Positions 50,753 to 62,545 of a stretch of DNA of 64,000 nucleotides are shown here, piece after piece. Position 1 is the stretch's first letter, and each line of letters starts with the position of its first letter. A model generated the notes under the pieces. The model was not told where the DNA came from. It was given only the letters and a program-made list of their open reading frames with translations, and made no database searches. Origin of the DNA: Paraspadella gotoi (Eukaryota > Animalia > Chaetognatha); the NCBI GenBank assembly GCA_051294375.1, contig CM119267.1:12657081-12721080 (forward strand), read 5' to 3'. The position numbers and the translations under genes were made by a program.

Positions 50753-51253
50753 TGATGAGAGATGCCTCCCCTTTTTCTCATTTTATTCATTGTTCTCTTA
50801 TTTCATTGTACTATGATTCTCTTTTACTTTAGTGCTTTCGTGTATGCCTTTCTTTTTTACTTTTAGGTTACATAGTTTACCGGACCCGTCTCTAAACGGC
50901 TTTTTACGGGCTATGAGCCCCGGCCTTTCATATCATACACCTTGTCGCCAACTTTTAGATACCACGACTTAGGGCCATGAGCCCACAAGACTGTCTGATG
51001 ATAGACTCGTGACTCTTGCAAGACGGTGCGAACAGGCGTCTTGACACCCTCAACTTCGACGCTTCAGTTTTCATCACCATCATTACGGGGTCGCGGAGAC
51101 CGCGGCGTTCCCGGAGCGGACGTCGACTTAGCCGCGCCCATCTCCGGCGGAGACGAGGGGAGAAGGCTAGGGGCCCACCCAGTACCGGCCTGACGGGTCG
51201 TCGACAAAGGAGACGTCTCAGGGGAGTCAGGTTCGGATCCCTATTCCGCGACA
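50753..51253 (+). repeat. BEL 3' LTR
   Basis: TGATGAGAGATGCCTCCCC...CTATTCCGCGACA; direct repeat of 26870-27352. Confidence 0.9.
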
Positions 51254-51278
51254 AGTACAACTTTATAATCAGTGGGTC

Positions 51279-51875
51279 TTGGATAGTGGAATTAAATGCG
51301 ATTGGGCAGATCATTACGCTAAATTGCGTCAACCAGATGGAGAATTGATCGACTTTATCGAGAAACACATTCCTCTTTATCCTGACTTCAAAATTACTTC
51401 ATTTGTGGTCAATCTTGAAGACATAACCTTTAGCTGCAACATTCCTGTCTACGAATTGGACTATCGTGTCAGCCAGGTGACTGAACAATTCCTTCGACAA
51501 GTGGAAACTTATTGTTGCCCTAAAAGTTTCATACAAAGTGTGTCTTGCTCAGCCTGTGTCTCTAGATCGAGTGTTTCTCTCTTTGATCACCCTGAAGCAG
51601 ATTTTGAATCTAACACCTTCACTCTTAACAATTCCGAGATCTTCAAGTCCTTTAGCTCAAAATTGGGCCCTGCCTTCTTCGATCACCCCAAAACTCGTCT
51701 GGAAATTAACAATTATATTATAAGAAGTACCGAATCGCTTTATGCCCAATATGCAAACTATCTTCATGAGATGTTGCCATACATAATCACTCAGGGTCCG
51801 CCCAAGACACTTTCACTCCTTTCATACGACATTACAGATTTCCCGATGACTCATCCTCTGTTTGACAGAGCTTGA
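51279..51875 (+). CDS. Gypsy ORF0 C-terminal part, unknown function
   Basis: Open 198-aa globular-looking frame ending ~100 bp before the gag ATG; conserved in the minus copy. Confidence 0.65.
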   Translation: MDSGIKCDWADHYAKLRQPDGELIDFIEKHIPLYPDFKITSFVVNLEDITFSCNIPVYELDYRVSQVTEQFLRQVETYCCPKSFIQSVSCSACVSRSSVSLFDHPEADFESNTFTLNNSEIFKSFSSKLGPAFFDHPKTRLEINNYIIRSTESLYAQYANYLHEMLPYIITQGPPKTLSLLSYDITDFPMTHPLFDRA

Positions 51876-51972
51876 GTGATTTGTTCCCTTCAAAATATAC
51901 CAATTCGCCTTTGTTTCTGTTCGCTTCGATTGTTTGTTACCACATACCTCTCACCTTTTACATAACCTCAAC

Positions 51973-53416
51973 ATGGCCACCGCTAGTACCATTCGTGAGA
52001 AAGCAGCTTCGTCCCTTCCTGTGGACAAGTTTGATTCCGAGAACGATGATTTCGAGGAATGGATTGAGCTCTTTGAGAAAGCTGTTGCTTTGGCTACGTC
52101 AGCCTCTACTGAAGTTAGAAAGCATGAATTATGCCTTCATTGGCTGCCTTTGAAGTTGGATGATCCAGCTCGCGAAGTATTTAAAATGATTCCTGATAGA
52201 ACTTATGATCAGGTTAAAACCAAAAATGATTACCTTATTAAACGATCCTCAAGAGGCATATCGTTGGCAAGCTAAGAAATCTACAGTCGAATGGGATGGC
52301 AAAGAGTCCATGCATCATTTGGCTGCAAGGATTATTAAGAAAGTCAATAAATACGAAAAAGACTTGGGTGTAGATGCGAGATCCCGGGAGCTGTTTTTCA
52401 GATTCCGGAGAGCTCTGCCTAAGCCATACCGGGATGCCATTGATTTAGGATGTAATGAAGATTCGCGCACAATCAATGCAGCAAAAAGTATTGCCCTGCG
52501 TGTCCAAATTACTCAAGAAGAGGATTCTGATAACTCAAAATCTGAAAAATCTGTAGCCTTTACTGGAGCCACCATGTCAGACGACCGCCTTGCCGAAGTT
52601 GAGCGTGCCGTCGCTGGTTTGTCTACAAAATTTGAGAATTTAGCTTCGGACCTCAAACAAGATCGTAGGAAAAGAGAAGATAGAGATAGAGCTCGTGGTA
52701 GCAGAGATTATTCTCCAAGATCCCGCGACTCATCTGTTTCTTCCAACTCCAGTAGTCGTGACAACCGACGTGGTCGTGATAATCGTCGATCTTGGGGACG
52801 AAGTGGCTATAGAGATAGTAGTAGTTACAATAGCCGCGACAGTCGCAGCCGTGATAATTACGACCGCGACAGGAATCGCCGCTATAGCCGATTTGGCGAT
52901 CGCGATCGCAATAGGCCTCGCGATAGCCGCCGTAGTGACCGACAGGATTATCGTAAAGGAAATCGCGATATTCGCAACAACGATCGCGATAGACGTAATC
53001 GTGACAGATACCGGGTAGCCAATACTTCGGATGAAGACAGTGGTGAAAACCAAAGTGAAGAAGAAGCTGTCAGGAAATTTCTGAGTGACCGGAGGAAAGC
53101 CAAAAAGGCAGCAAAGAAGAACCCTCCTCCATCCGAAACGTCATCAGAAAAACTAAGGAGCGATCCTGCTATGGGTCAAGCAGAGGTCGAAGTTGATGAG
53201 ACCCTAGACGTAAGACCTAAGTGGAAAGCAGAGTTCATGATAAGAGTCGATGGGAAAAAAGTCGCCACCTTAGGCGATACTGGGTGTACTAAAAGTTGCA
53301 TTAGTGAAGAATTCTTAAGAGACAATCCTGCTATTAAAGATCGCAGCTTTCGCCCCTTTTCCTCTAAGGGCAAAGCCATTAATGGAACTCGTGTTCTTAC
53401 AGTTGGTATAGTTAAT
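51973..53416 (+). CDS. gag: Gypsy gag plus protease N-terminal half (one frameshift near 52220)
   Basis: MATASTIREK...KFDSENDDFEEWIELFE...LHWLPLKLDDPAREVF; Arg/Ser/Asp-rich C-terminus; LGDTGCTKSCIS protease active site. Confidence 0.88.
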
Positions 53417-54977
53417 TAGATTCCTCCATAAATTTTTAAATTTGTCAGAACGTTTTTCTCTTTTTTTCCATATTTTTTTGACACGCTAAACGTTTCTCTG
53501 ATTACGCAAAATTTCATGAAAAAAATAAAAAAATAATAGTACCAATAGTTAGTGTTATGTCTCGAATAGATGGAAAAAAAACCTCGTTTAAAAATTCGAT
53601 CGGGAAGTGGGGTAACTAAGGCTTACCAATGGCATCCTCCACGCCAATCGTTCTCTCAAATAATTTTTTTTATTTAATACATTTGAAAGGGAAAAAAAGA
53701 AAATTCAGAATGCAGGTTGCAGAAAGGGTACAGATAATATGGACATACTGACATGATAATCATGACCTTTTATGTCTTGTGAAAGGGGGGCAGTAAAGAA
53801 ACCTAAAAAATTCGATCATTAAGTCAGTCAATGAACCCTTTCCAATGGGCTATTCCGCGAAATTTTTTTCTTAATTTAAACGGATGATAAGTAATAAAAT
53901 TAAATTCCTTGTATAAAGGTTGTTATATTTAAAAGAAAATTATCAATACAAATAAACACAATGATGTCTTGCTTTGTCAAATATGTCACCAGCTATGTAA
54001 TTTTTTAAAATTTTATTATGATAAACAAGCAGCGTGTCAAGCTTTTTGTTTGCAGTTGAAGATAATGGAAAATGACAATTTTTTTTTCACAGACAAGAAG
54101 GTAGATGTCCAGACTGTTTATATCAATCTGAAAATATTTTTGTATTTATCATTTTTCATATTTAAAAAAACATTTTATCCAGCTACTTCATAAATTTTTG
54201 CTTGTTTTTTTACTTTAACTAAAAAATACAAGCAAATTTATAGAGTAGAGCAATTTAATGGTAATCAAAATGTAATTTAGTCTTTCCTTTTTCAAATTAC
54301 AAAAGAAGCAAAAAAATTTCACATGTCTTCATTGAAATTTTTAATGCAAAAAACTGTTATACTTTTAACTCTGATTTAAATAAAAGCTGTGTAAAGATTT
54401 ATGGATAAAATTTAATAAAACTATTTCAGAGAGGTGTCCCATGATTAGGGCTTTAATTTAATACCTCACCCACTTTCCTACCTCTTTTCTTTCCAAAGTT
54501 ATTCAAGAAAATAACTTTTTTTACCGTGAGAGAACTAAGAATTTGAACTACGCAGTACAAATCTTTGTTAAATAAAAATTTCGGCAAAGCGGGAGTATCT
54601 CAATTTATCCTATTGGTACAATACCTAAATTTTAAAATAAAACTTAAAGAAAAATTTTCCGTCCTCTTGAGACATGTCACTTTCAGGTTTACCTATCGTC
54701 TTACACATTTATGGATTATGCTGGAAGAAATCAGCAAAACGTTTTCTCTTTTTTTTAAATAGTTTGTACTAGCGCGTCAGAAATCTAAGAAGAAACTCGA
54801 AAATTTTATTCTGACAAATTTTGCCTTTCAAGGCTGATGTTTATGACTATATCTCGGAAACCATTGTAGGAATTTAAAAACGGTTTTTTGCAAGTGAACA
54901 TTGATATCATCCTCCAGGGATCGGCATAAAAATATATAAAAAAATAAACTAATATTGGCTGTCGAGTGAGGTATCTA
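53417..54977. mobile_element. Non-autonomous TIR element, TAG...CTA ends, 7-bp TSD
   Basis: TAGATTCCTC...GAGGTATCTA; TSD AGTTAAT at 53410-53416 and 54978-54984 (also readable as 5-bp GTTAA). The protease sequence resumes after it. Confidence 0.8.
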
Positions 54978-55032
54978 AGTTAATGTTAAAGTTTAGAATA
55001 GACAATACTTACCTTAGAATGAACTGTAGAGT

Positions 55033-55754
55033 TAGGAGTTTACGTTGTTCTTAGAAATCGAGGAAGACTTTTTCAATGGAGATTTTCGTTAAAATCTGAC
55101 TACCAAATAATGTCAACGCTCCTGGGAAAAATTCAGGTAAAAAATAGATGTAAAACACTCGATTCCGATCCTGTTGCATCTGAAGGGCTCGCATTTTTTT
55201 TCTCTTGACAAATAACCATCATTTTGACATCAAACTATCAGATTCAAATGACTGGTCTGCTCGGGAAAATATTTCGACGCAATTTTTATATATAAAATAA
55301 AGGGATTTCTCAACTTCAATACAATGTCAACGCATTTAACATATGTTGTAATTTTACAATAAACTTCAAAATTCAGGAATCCGATAGCATATGTCTGAAG
55401 GGCTCTCAAAATTTTTCTTTACATTTTATATGGTTATTTTGATATGAATACGATCATGGGAAAGTGAATTAGTCCATTTTGGTGAAATTTTTATTTAAAG
55501 TAAAAGTAAAAGAGGAGCTAACGATCGGAATTCTAAGAGTTTTCAACCGGGAGTCAGATTCGGGAAAAAATCTTCTATGGCGAAAATCTTCCAAAGAAGG
55601 GGTGGATTTTCCGAAGATTTTGGTTAATATTTTCTATATTTATGGTAGGATTTTTTTGAAACTTAATATTAACAATATTGCCATCATTCTACCTTGGCCG
55701 GTATAAGAATATATTAAAAAAACCTCTGGCTTTGTTCGTCAGAGCTTAGTCCTA
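55033..55754. mobile_element. Non-autonomous element, TAGGA...TCCTA ends, 7-bp TSD
   Basis: TSD GTAGAGT at 55026-55032 and 55755-55761; removal restores protease ...MNCRVVKGLVQPIILG. Confidence 0.8.
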
Positions 55755-57994
55755 GTAGAGTAGTTAAAGGCCTAGTCCAGCCAATTATCTTGGCTGGACT
55801 TTTTCTGTAAATATTCAGCATCATTATGCCCTTCTGAAGGACGACTCAGGTTTCTCGGAAACCAGTCAGTCTCATTAATAGAGGATTCCCATCGCATTAC
55901 TGGATGCTATTATCAAGTGCCGGAAGACACGGTTATCCCGGCCTTATCCAAGATTCATCTTGATGCCGAGCTCAAGCTCGACAGTGACCATGCTCCACGA
56001 GCAACAAAAACAATTGTCACTGACCCATTTATAAATCATGGAGGTCATGTGTGGGCTTGTAGAGCATGTGCGTATGTTGATGAGGGCAGATTCATGACTG
56101 AACTCATCAATTGTAGTCCAGTTAGCATGAAATTGGAGGCTGGACATATCCTTGGATACGCCGAGTTTACGGATGATGAGACGTTTGATAAACTTTTCTG
56201 TGGAAACTGATATGCTTTGCTCTTACTCAAGTGGAGATTCCGCTTACGAATCTGGCGAAGAAGAGCAAACTGGAATCGAAAGTGACTTAGAAGAGGTTGA
56301 AGTGGATCCTCCTCAGGATTCTGTTAAAGGAAAAGCAGAAGCTTCACCTAAAGCCTCACCCAAGGTGGAAGACAATATTTCACCAGGCGCTAAAAAGTTG
56401 TCTATAGAATATAAGGGCATGGCTAAGGAGGCTCTCCCCTACAAAGACAAACTTAAACACCTCCTTGAAGTTAAGCATGAGAAGGCATTCTCTAAACATA
56501 ATAGGGATTATGGAAGGACAAACTTAATACAATACCGAGCCAATCTCAAAGATAGAGATGCTCCACCTATTGCCGTCGCCCCATACCGCACAAGACCAGA
56601 GATGCGTGATGTGATTAACAAGCAAGCATTCGAGATGATAGCTGATGGACTTATTAGTCATTCAACCAGCCCATATTCAGCTCCTATTTTGCTTGTCAGA
56701 ATGAAATCTGGTGGATGGAGATTCCTCACCGATTTTAGAAGAGTGAACGAAAGATGCAATAAGGTTGTCTACCCACTACCAAGGATTGAAGATTTCAATT
56801 CAGCGCCTTGACAACCCCAAAATCTTCACTTCTCTGGATCTAACAAAAGGTTTTTGGCAAATCCCAATTCATCCCGACGACCGCAAATTTTTTGCTTTCT
56901 CAACTGAATCGATGCATTTGGAGTACCAAGTTGCCCCAATGGGTGCCAAAAATTCCCCAAGCTGCCTTAGCTCACTCATGCAGCTTGTACTGCGTGGGTT
57001 GCCCCCACAACATATCATCAGCTACATGGATGATATTTTGGTTGCAGACAACAATATGGAGGATCACCTCAAACACCTGGATCAGGTGCTGACTGCCTTG
57101 GAAGGTGCTGGGCTTAAGCTCAACCCGTCAAAGTGCAAATTTGCGCAGGAGACTGTGGTATGTCTTGGACATAAACTCTCTCGAGACGGAATTGCCCCAG
57201 ATCCTGCCAATGTGGAAAAAATCCGTTCATGGAAGCCCCTGAAAAACGTCAAACGCCTTAAAACATTCCTTGGCCTAACGGGTTACTACCGCCATTACGT
57301 TAAGGATTACAGCAAAATTGCTCAACCACTTTCAGATCTCACCCATGATGGTGTTGAATGGTCTTGGAAAGATATACATCAAAAAGCATTTGAAGAACTC
57401 AGACATATTTTGATCTCAGATCAAATCATGTCTTATCCCAATTTTGAAAAACCCTTTATTGTTAAAGTGATGCCTCACTTCTGGCTGTTGGCTACGTTCT
57501 AACCCAGAAGATAAACGGCAAGGAAAAGTCATTTCTTATGGTTCAAAGAAATTGTCAAAGCCTCAACAAAAATGGTCCACCTATGATCGCGAATTTTTTG
57601 CCCTTTTATGCGCAATTCGCGCTAATTCCCATTACTTGAGACATGCGCCATTTATTGCTATAACAGACCATAGGCCCTTACTTTCTTGGAAGAAAGTAGA
57701 TCCCAAGAAGGACGCCACTGGAAGAAGGACCAGATGGGCTATTGAGCTTGATCAATACGAATTCGAGCTTTGACATAAACAAGGCAAAATACACTCTGAC
57801 GCAGATGCGATGAGTAGGAGAGGTGAAGAAGATGAAGACCCTTGCGAAGAAGACGATTATGCCCTAGGTGAATATGACAACGAGTGGGCTCTTTAGGCAT
57901 TGATGCGATAGATGAATCCAATGCCGTCACCTTAATGCCGAAAGCTCTCGCCTAAAGCAAAAGCAAGAAGCCGATTCTATCATATCTGAAGTTA
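55755..57994 (+). pseudogene. pol: Gypsy pol: protease C-terminus, spacer, RT, RNase H (frameshifted)
   Basis: SPYSAPILLV, WRFLTDFRRVN, SLDLTKGFWQI, PMGAKNSP, SYMDDIL, FLGLTGYYR, WSTYDREFFA, ITDHRPL. Confidence 0.92.
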
Positions 57995-59827
57995 NNNNNN
58001 NNNNNNNNNNNNNNNNNNNNNNNNNNNNNNNNNNNNNNNNNNNNNNNNNNNNNNNNNNNNNNNNNNNNNNNNNNNNNNNNNNNNNNNNNNNNNNGGCACT
58101 GAAGATCTTTCCGGCGAAATACTTAGATGGTAGATGGTAGACTTAGATACGGAGATGGTCAACCAAGTTGCAGACTCGCGGCGCTGGCACAGCCTCGCCG
58201 TTGCCCGGCGTCAAGGGAATCCGCGACGGGCTATCGGCGGATGAGTGCCCTGACTATGGCGCGGCCTCGGCAGCCGGCATGAATATGTGCTCTTACCAGC
58301 GCAAGTACGGTGAAGGGGCGCGGCGAGGCAAACTGCCTACTGCCGAAACAATTTCAGTGAGTTTCAAACTAAAACTAAAGTGANNNNNNNNNNNNNNNNN
58401 NNNNNNNNNNNNNNNNNNNNNNNNNNNNNNNNNNNNNNNNNNNNNNNNNNNNNNNNNNNNNNNNNNNNNNNNNNNNNNNNNNNNNNNNNNNNNNNNNNNN
58501 NNNNNNNNNNNNNNNNNNNNNNNNNNNNNNNNNCGATCCCGGAGTTGAATACGCTCTGGAGGCTTATGGGAAAGCGAAGAGAAAGAAAAAGAAAAAATAA
58601 AGTTCGTTTTTTTACAGAAAAAAATNNNNNNNNNNNNNNNNNNNNNNNNNNNNNNNNNNNNNNNNNNNNNNNNNNNNNNNNNNNNNNNNNNNNNNNNNNN
58701 NNNNNNNNNNNNNNNNNNNNNNNNNNNNNNNNNNNNNNNNNNNNNNNNNNNNNNNNNNNNNNNNNNNNNNNNNNNNNNNNNNNNNNNNNNNNNNNNNNNN
58801 NNNNNNNNNNNNNNNNNNNNNNNNNNNNNNNNNNNNNNNNNNNNNNNNNNNNNNNNNNNNNNNNNNNNNNNNNNNNNNNNNNNNNNNAACCACGATCATT
58901 TAATAATTTGGATATGTTTTGGTTATTATTTTTTAAACCTTCATCAGCCAGTTTTAATAAATATTTGGATACTAATTTTGAGAGATAGAGAAGCAATTTT
59001 AACCCTTGATATCTTTCTCTCTCTCTCCGAATTATTAAATGATTATTGTAATCGTAAATAAAAACTCTGTTATTTTGTAAATATTATTATTATATTTTTT
59101 ATTAATTTATTAATATTTAAATATTATTTTTTGAAAAATTAAATTATTGTATGCTTAAGCCGAAACTTAATTTTAAATTTAACTCTAATTTACCCTTAAC
59201 CCAAACTTACCTCTACTTACCTTTAACCCTAACTTATTTTTAACCTTAACTTATTTTTCTAATTAACTTACTCTTATTCTTAATCTATTTTTAACCATAA
59301 TTTAATGTGACCTTAATTTTTACCCAAATATATATTGGTTGTACCAAATTTCATATAATAAAAATAAAAAAAATATTAAAAGAAAAATTATGATATCTGA
59401 ATTCCTTTTTTTTCCCAAAACGTTATCCTCTTCCGTTCCATTTCGTTCCTGTTCTTTTTTCCGTTAATTCTTTAAGAAAAACTTTGCTCTTCGTAGGTTC
59501 CAGAGGGCATTGATCTCCAAGAATGCCAATTATCCATTCATTTAATAAATAATGTAATAATGTTTGCTTTGTTCAATTTTTAAAATTTAGGTATACTATG
59601 AAATGGATCATACTTGTTATTATTATTATCATATTATTATTATTTATTATAAATTTAGGTATCCTATGAAATGGATCATACTTGTTATTATTATTATATT
59701 ATATTTATCATACTTGATTATTATTTAAAGATCTGGGCCAATCCAGTTATCCAAATATCCAGTATATTTTTTTTAAAAAATCACTGCTCATAAATGGATT
59801 TAAATTTATCATTTTCCATCACAGGAG

Positions 59828-59956
59828 ATACAGAGCTGGAACCGGATCAGAAGCTCGAGGAGAAATCACCGAAATGGAATCGAGCCTTCTGATACAGAGA
59901 TGGAACCGGATCGGAGGCTCGGAAAGAAATTACCAAAATGGAATCGAGCTCTCTGA
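59828..59956. repeat. Two-unit tandem repeat of about 62 bp
   Basis: GATACAGAG(C/A)TGGAACCGGATC...ATGGAATCGAGC..CTGA occurs twice. Confidence 0.7.
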
Positions 59957-60160
59957 TTGGCCGAGACTCAAAGGGAAGCGGCCAATGAGCGAAGAGGCTG
60001 TAAAATTTACCAATGTCTCTGATCCACTTGCTCTGTATAAATAGATGTAGAATTTGTAGTTGATCATTCTGTCCAAAATTGACACCGTCTTCGTATCTGT
60101 TTTTATATCAATAAATTCCACTTTGGTTTCACGTTCAAACCCTGTCTATTTACTTAAATG

Positions 60161-60193
60161 TGGTGGCAGCGGTGGGATTCGAACCCACGCCTC
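60161..60193 (-). pseudogene. 3' fragment of tRNA-Leu including CCA
   Basis: Minus strand GAGGCGTGGGTTCGAATCCCACCGCTGCCA-CCA matches the T arm and acceptor 3' strand of eukaryotic tRNA-Leu(AAG/TAG). No 5' half is present. Confidence 0.8.
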
Positions 60194-61801
60194 TATAAAC
60201 TTTAAAATTTAAATATTTTAAATTTATAGGATAATTTTTAAAGTCTGAAATAAAGTGGCGCGATTTTGACTGTATAATCCCAAATTATTTGCCAGACCTT
60301 TTTTAAACCTCTTTCCCAGAACAGTGGGCGTGGCCAAATTCGTCAACTCCTTTGGTCTCCTCAAAAATTTCTGCTACCAGACGTTGAGCCCAAACTTTCA
60401 AACCCTGGTGGCTGATCCCAGTCAAGACTGCAAAAGGGCTTGGTGGCAATCTTTAGCAACAACATACCGTTGACCTTATTTTACCTGCCCTATCATTTAT
60501 TTTCAGTTTGTTCAATATTGTTATTTAATATCATTTCTGCGTTTCCTTTAAATTACTTCGATAATAAATTGTTTTTGCTTTCCAATCTTTAAAAATGCAT
60601 AAAATTTCTCTTTAAAAATTCAAATGATAGTCAGCTGTTACAGTTTTAGATTTTAATTAATAAGCTTTTAATTAGAGACCAGTATCACCGGGTAAAGAAA
60701 AATAGACCCGAAACCCACCTTATCAAAACAAAGGAGATTGTGTGTGTTGCGCCGCAGTGACTTATTACGTTTATTTCCATGTTCGACAAGCACTGCATTT
60801 AATTTTTAGTTGCGCCTCGAGTACTCTCGAGCAACTGTCACTTGTCAGTCCGTTGGTCTGACCCATTTAAAAAAATGTATATAATTTGTTTATATTTGGT
60901 TGCTTTTTTGTTAAGACAAGAAACTCAGGAAATCCTAAAACAAAGGAATAAAAGATGGAATTTTTATGCAGTGCATGTCATATTGTCATAAATACATGGG
61001 CTGTGAAAGTTATTGTAGTTATGTTATGTTACATAATTTCATGTCACGATAAGGCAGTTACTGCGGCGCAACACATTTGATATGCCGTTCTTGTTTTTAT
61101 AATTTATAGGATTTGTTTACTCATAAACAATAATACTAGTAATCAAATAAAGTATGATTTTTCTCCGGTTTGTAACATTTTCTGCGGAGATATCTCCGAG
61201 TCCCTTCACCCTATAGACTTAAATTGTAGCTCATTTTGTAGCCAGCCATCTGGTATCAATTTTTATATAATTTAAATGTTACATTTTTATAACCTCATTT
61301 TTATTTTTTATTAAATTTAAAATGCTTTTTAAACATCTGAAATAAATCGAGGGGGGGGGTGGGGGGAAACGAATTGAGGTGTCAAATTTGGCCTCTTAAT
61401 AATCAGTAAATTAATAAGGAAGACTCATTACAATGTTATATTACGCATAGGAAATGCCAAACCGAGACATTCTAATCCGACTATCAGTAATTTATATAAA
61501 TTTTACAGTTGCATAGATATACTTGGTCAAGGTCAGTCTTCTTGTCGCAGTCGTAGATGTTGCCGCTACAATATATATTAGTATTATTAAATTATAATTA
61601 AATGAATGAGTTTGCTTAAATCCTTCTCCAAGTATTAATTCGGTTTATATATTAAAAGTTTTTTACCGCTGACAGTGGAGAGCTATGGTAGTCGTTATCC
61701 AATTGTAGTAAACTATAATTAAATTATAAGACGGTGTCAGAATTTGAGTCCATCTGTCTCAAATTGAGACAGTTGGATTCAATACAAAATGGTCAAAGTT
61801 A

Positions 61802-62545
61802 TGGCAACAGCTGGGTTGCCTGTGATGCCCATTGGGATGGGGCATCCACTGTTGGCTTTGGGGGCTTCCGACCCTCAGTGACGCCTCCAGTCACTGGCGC
61901 GGTTACCCTAGGACGGTCGTCCGCTTTGCAACGCCAGAGGGAAGTCGTTAGGACTGTGGATGGAACACTACGCCTGGGATGGTGTGTTCCCCTCTGAGCC
62001 AATGGATTTGGCTGACGGATGGTGGACGTGAGCGGTGTGAATATACCGCCACAGGAATCCCCGGGCCAAGAATCTAACTAGGTTCCTCAAGCCTGAGAGG
62101 TGTCCTGACAAGACTGTTTACCATAGTGGGAGAGAGAGAGAGAGCGACGAGTTGTGGGGCATAGGCGTTTGTCGTAGCGTACCCCAGGGGCATAGGCGTT
62201 TGTCGTAGCGTACCCGAAGTCGGCAGGGCATAGGCGTTTGTCGTAGCGTACCCTGGAAGAAGGTTGCGTGTTCGATAGTAGGGCTCACCACTTATGCAAC
62301 AGCTGGGTTGCCTGTGATGCCCATTGGGATGGGGCATCTCACTGTTGGCTTTGGGGGCTTCCGACCCTCAGTGACGCCTCCAGTCACTGGCGCGGTTACC
62401 CTAGGACGGTCTCGCTTTGCCAACGCAGAGGGAAGTCGTTAGGACTGTGGATGGAACACTACGCCTGGGATGGTGTGTTCCCCTCTGAGCCAATGGATTT
62501 GGCTGACGGATGGTGGACGTGAGGCGGTGTGAATATACCGCCACA
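61802..62545 (-). mobile_element. TRIM-like miniature LTR element
   Basis: Near-identical ~250-bp direct repeats 61802-62053 and 62295-62545 with TG...CA ends; PBS-like TGGTGAGCCC (62281-62290, minus); ~240-bp non-coding interior; flanks AAGTTA / AAGTA. Confidence 0.75.
62157..62253. repeat. Three copies of 28-bp GGGCATAGGCGTTTGTCGTAGCGTACCC
   Basis: Direct reading, inside the TRIM interior. Confidence 0.9.

Larger units (their letters stand above)
26870..51253 (+). mobile_element. BEL/Pao LTR retrotransposon (~11.8 kb after removing the nested Gypsy)
   Basis: Two TG...CA LTRs, a PPT before the 3' LTR, and gag-PR-RT-RH-IN order with BEL signatures. Flanks (AAAAC / AGTAC) do not form a clean TSD. 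Confidence 0.9.
51254..57994 (+). mobile_element. Second, partial copy of the Gypsy family (ORF0 3' part, gag, PR, RT, RNase H)
   Basis: Collinear with the reverse complement of ~34750-39440; starts at the BEL 3' LTR and ends at an N gap. Confidence 0.9.

Noticed and set aside
58095-58384. GC-rich island as a gene or contaminant
   Set aside because: Short, flanked by gaps, and no recognisable motif.
62157-62253. CRISPR-like 28-bp repeats
   Set aside because: Spacers are only about 3 and 10 nt, the context is eukaryotic, and there are no cas genes.
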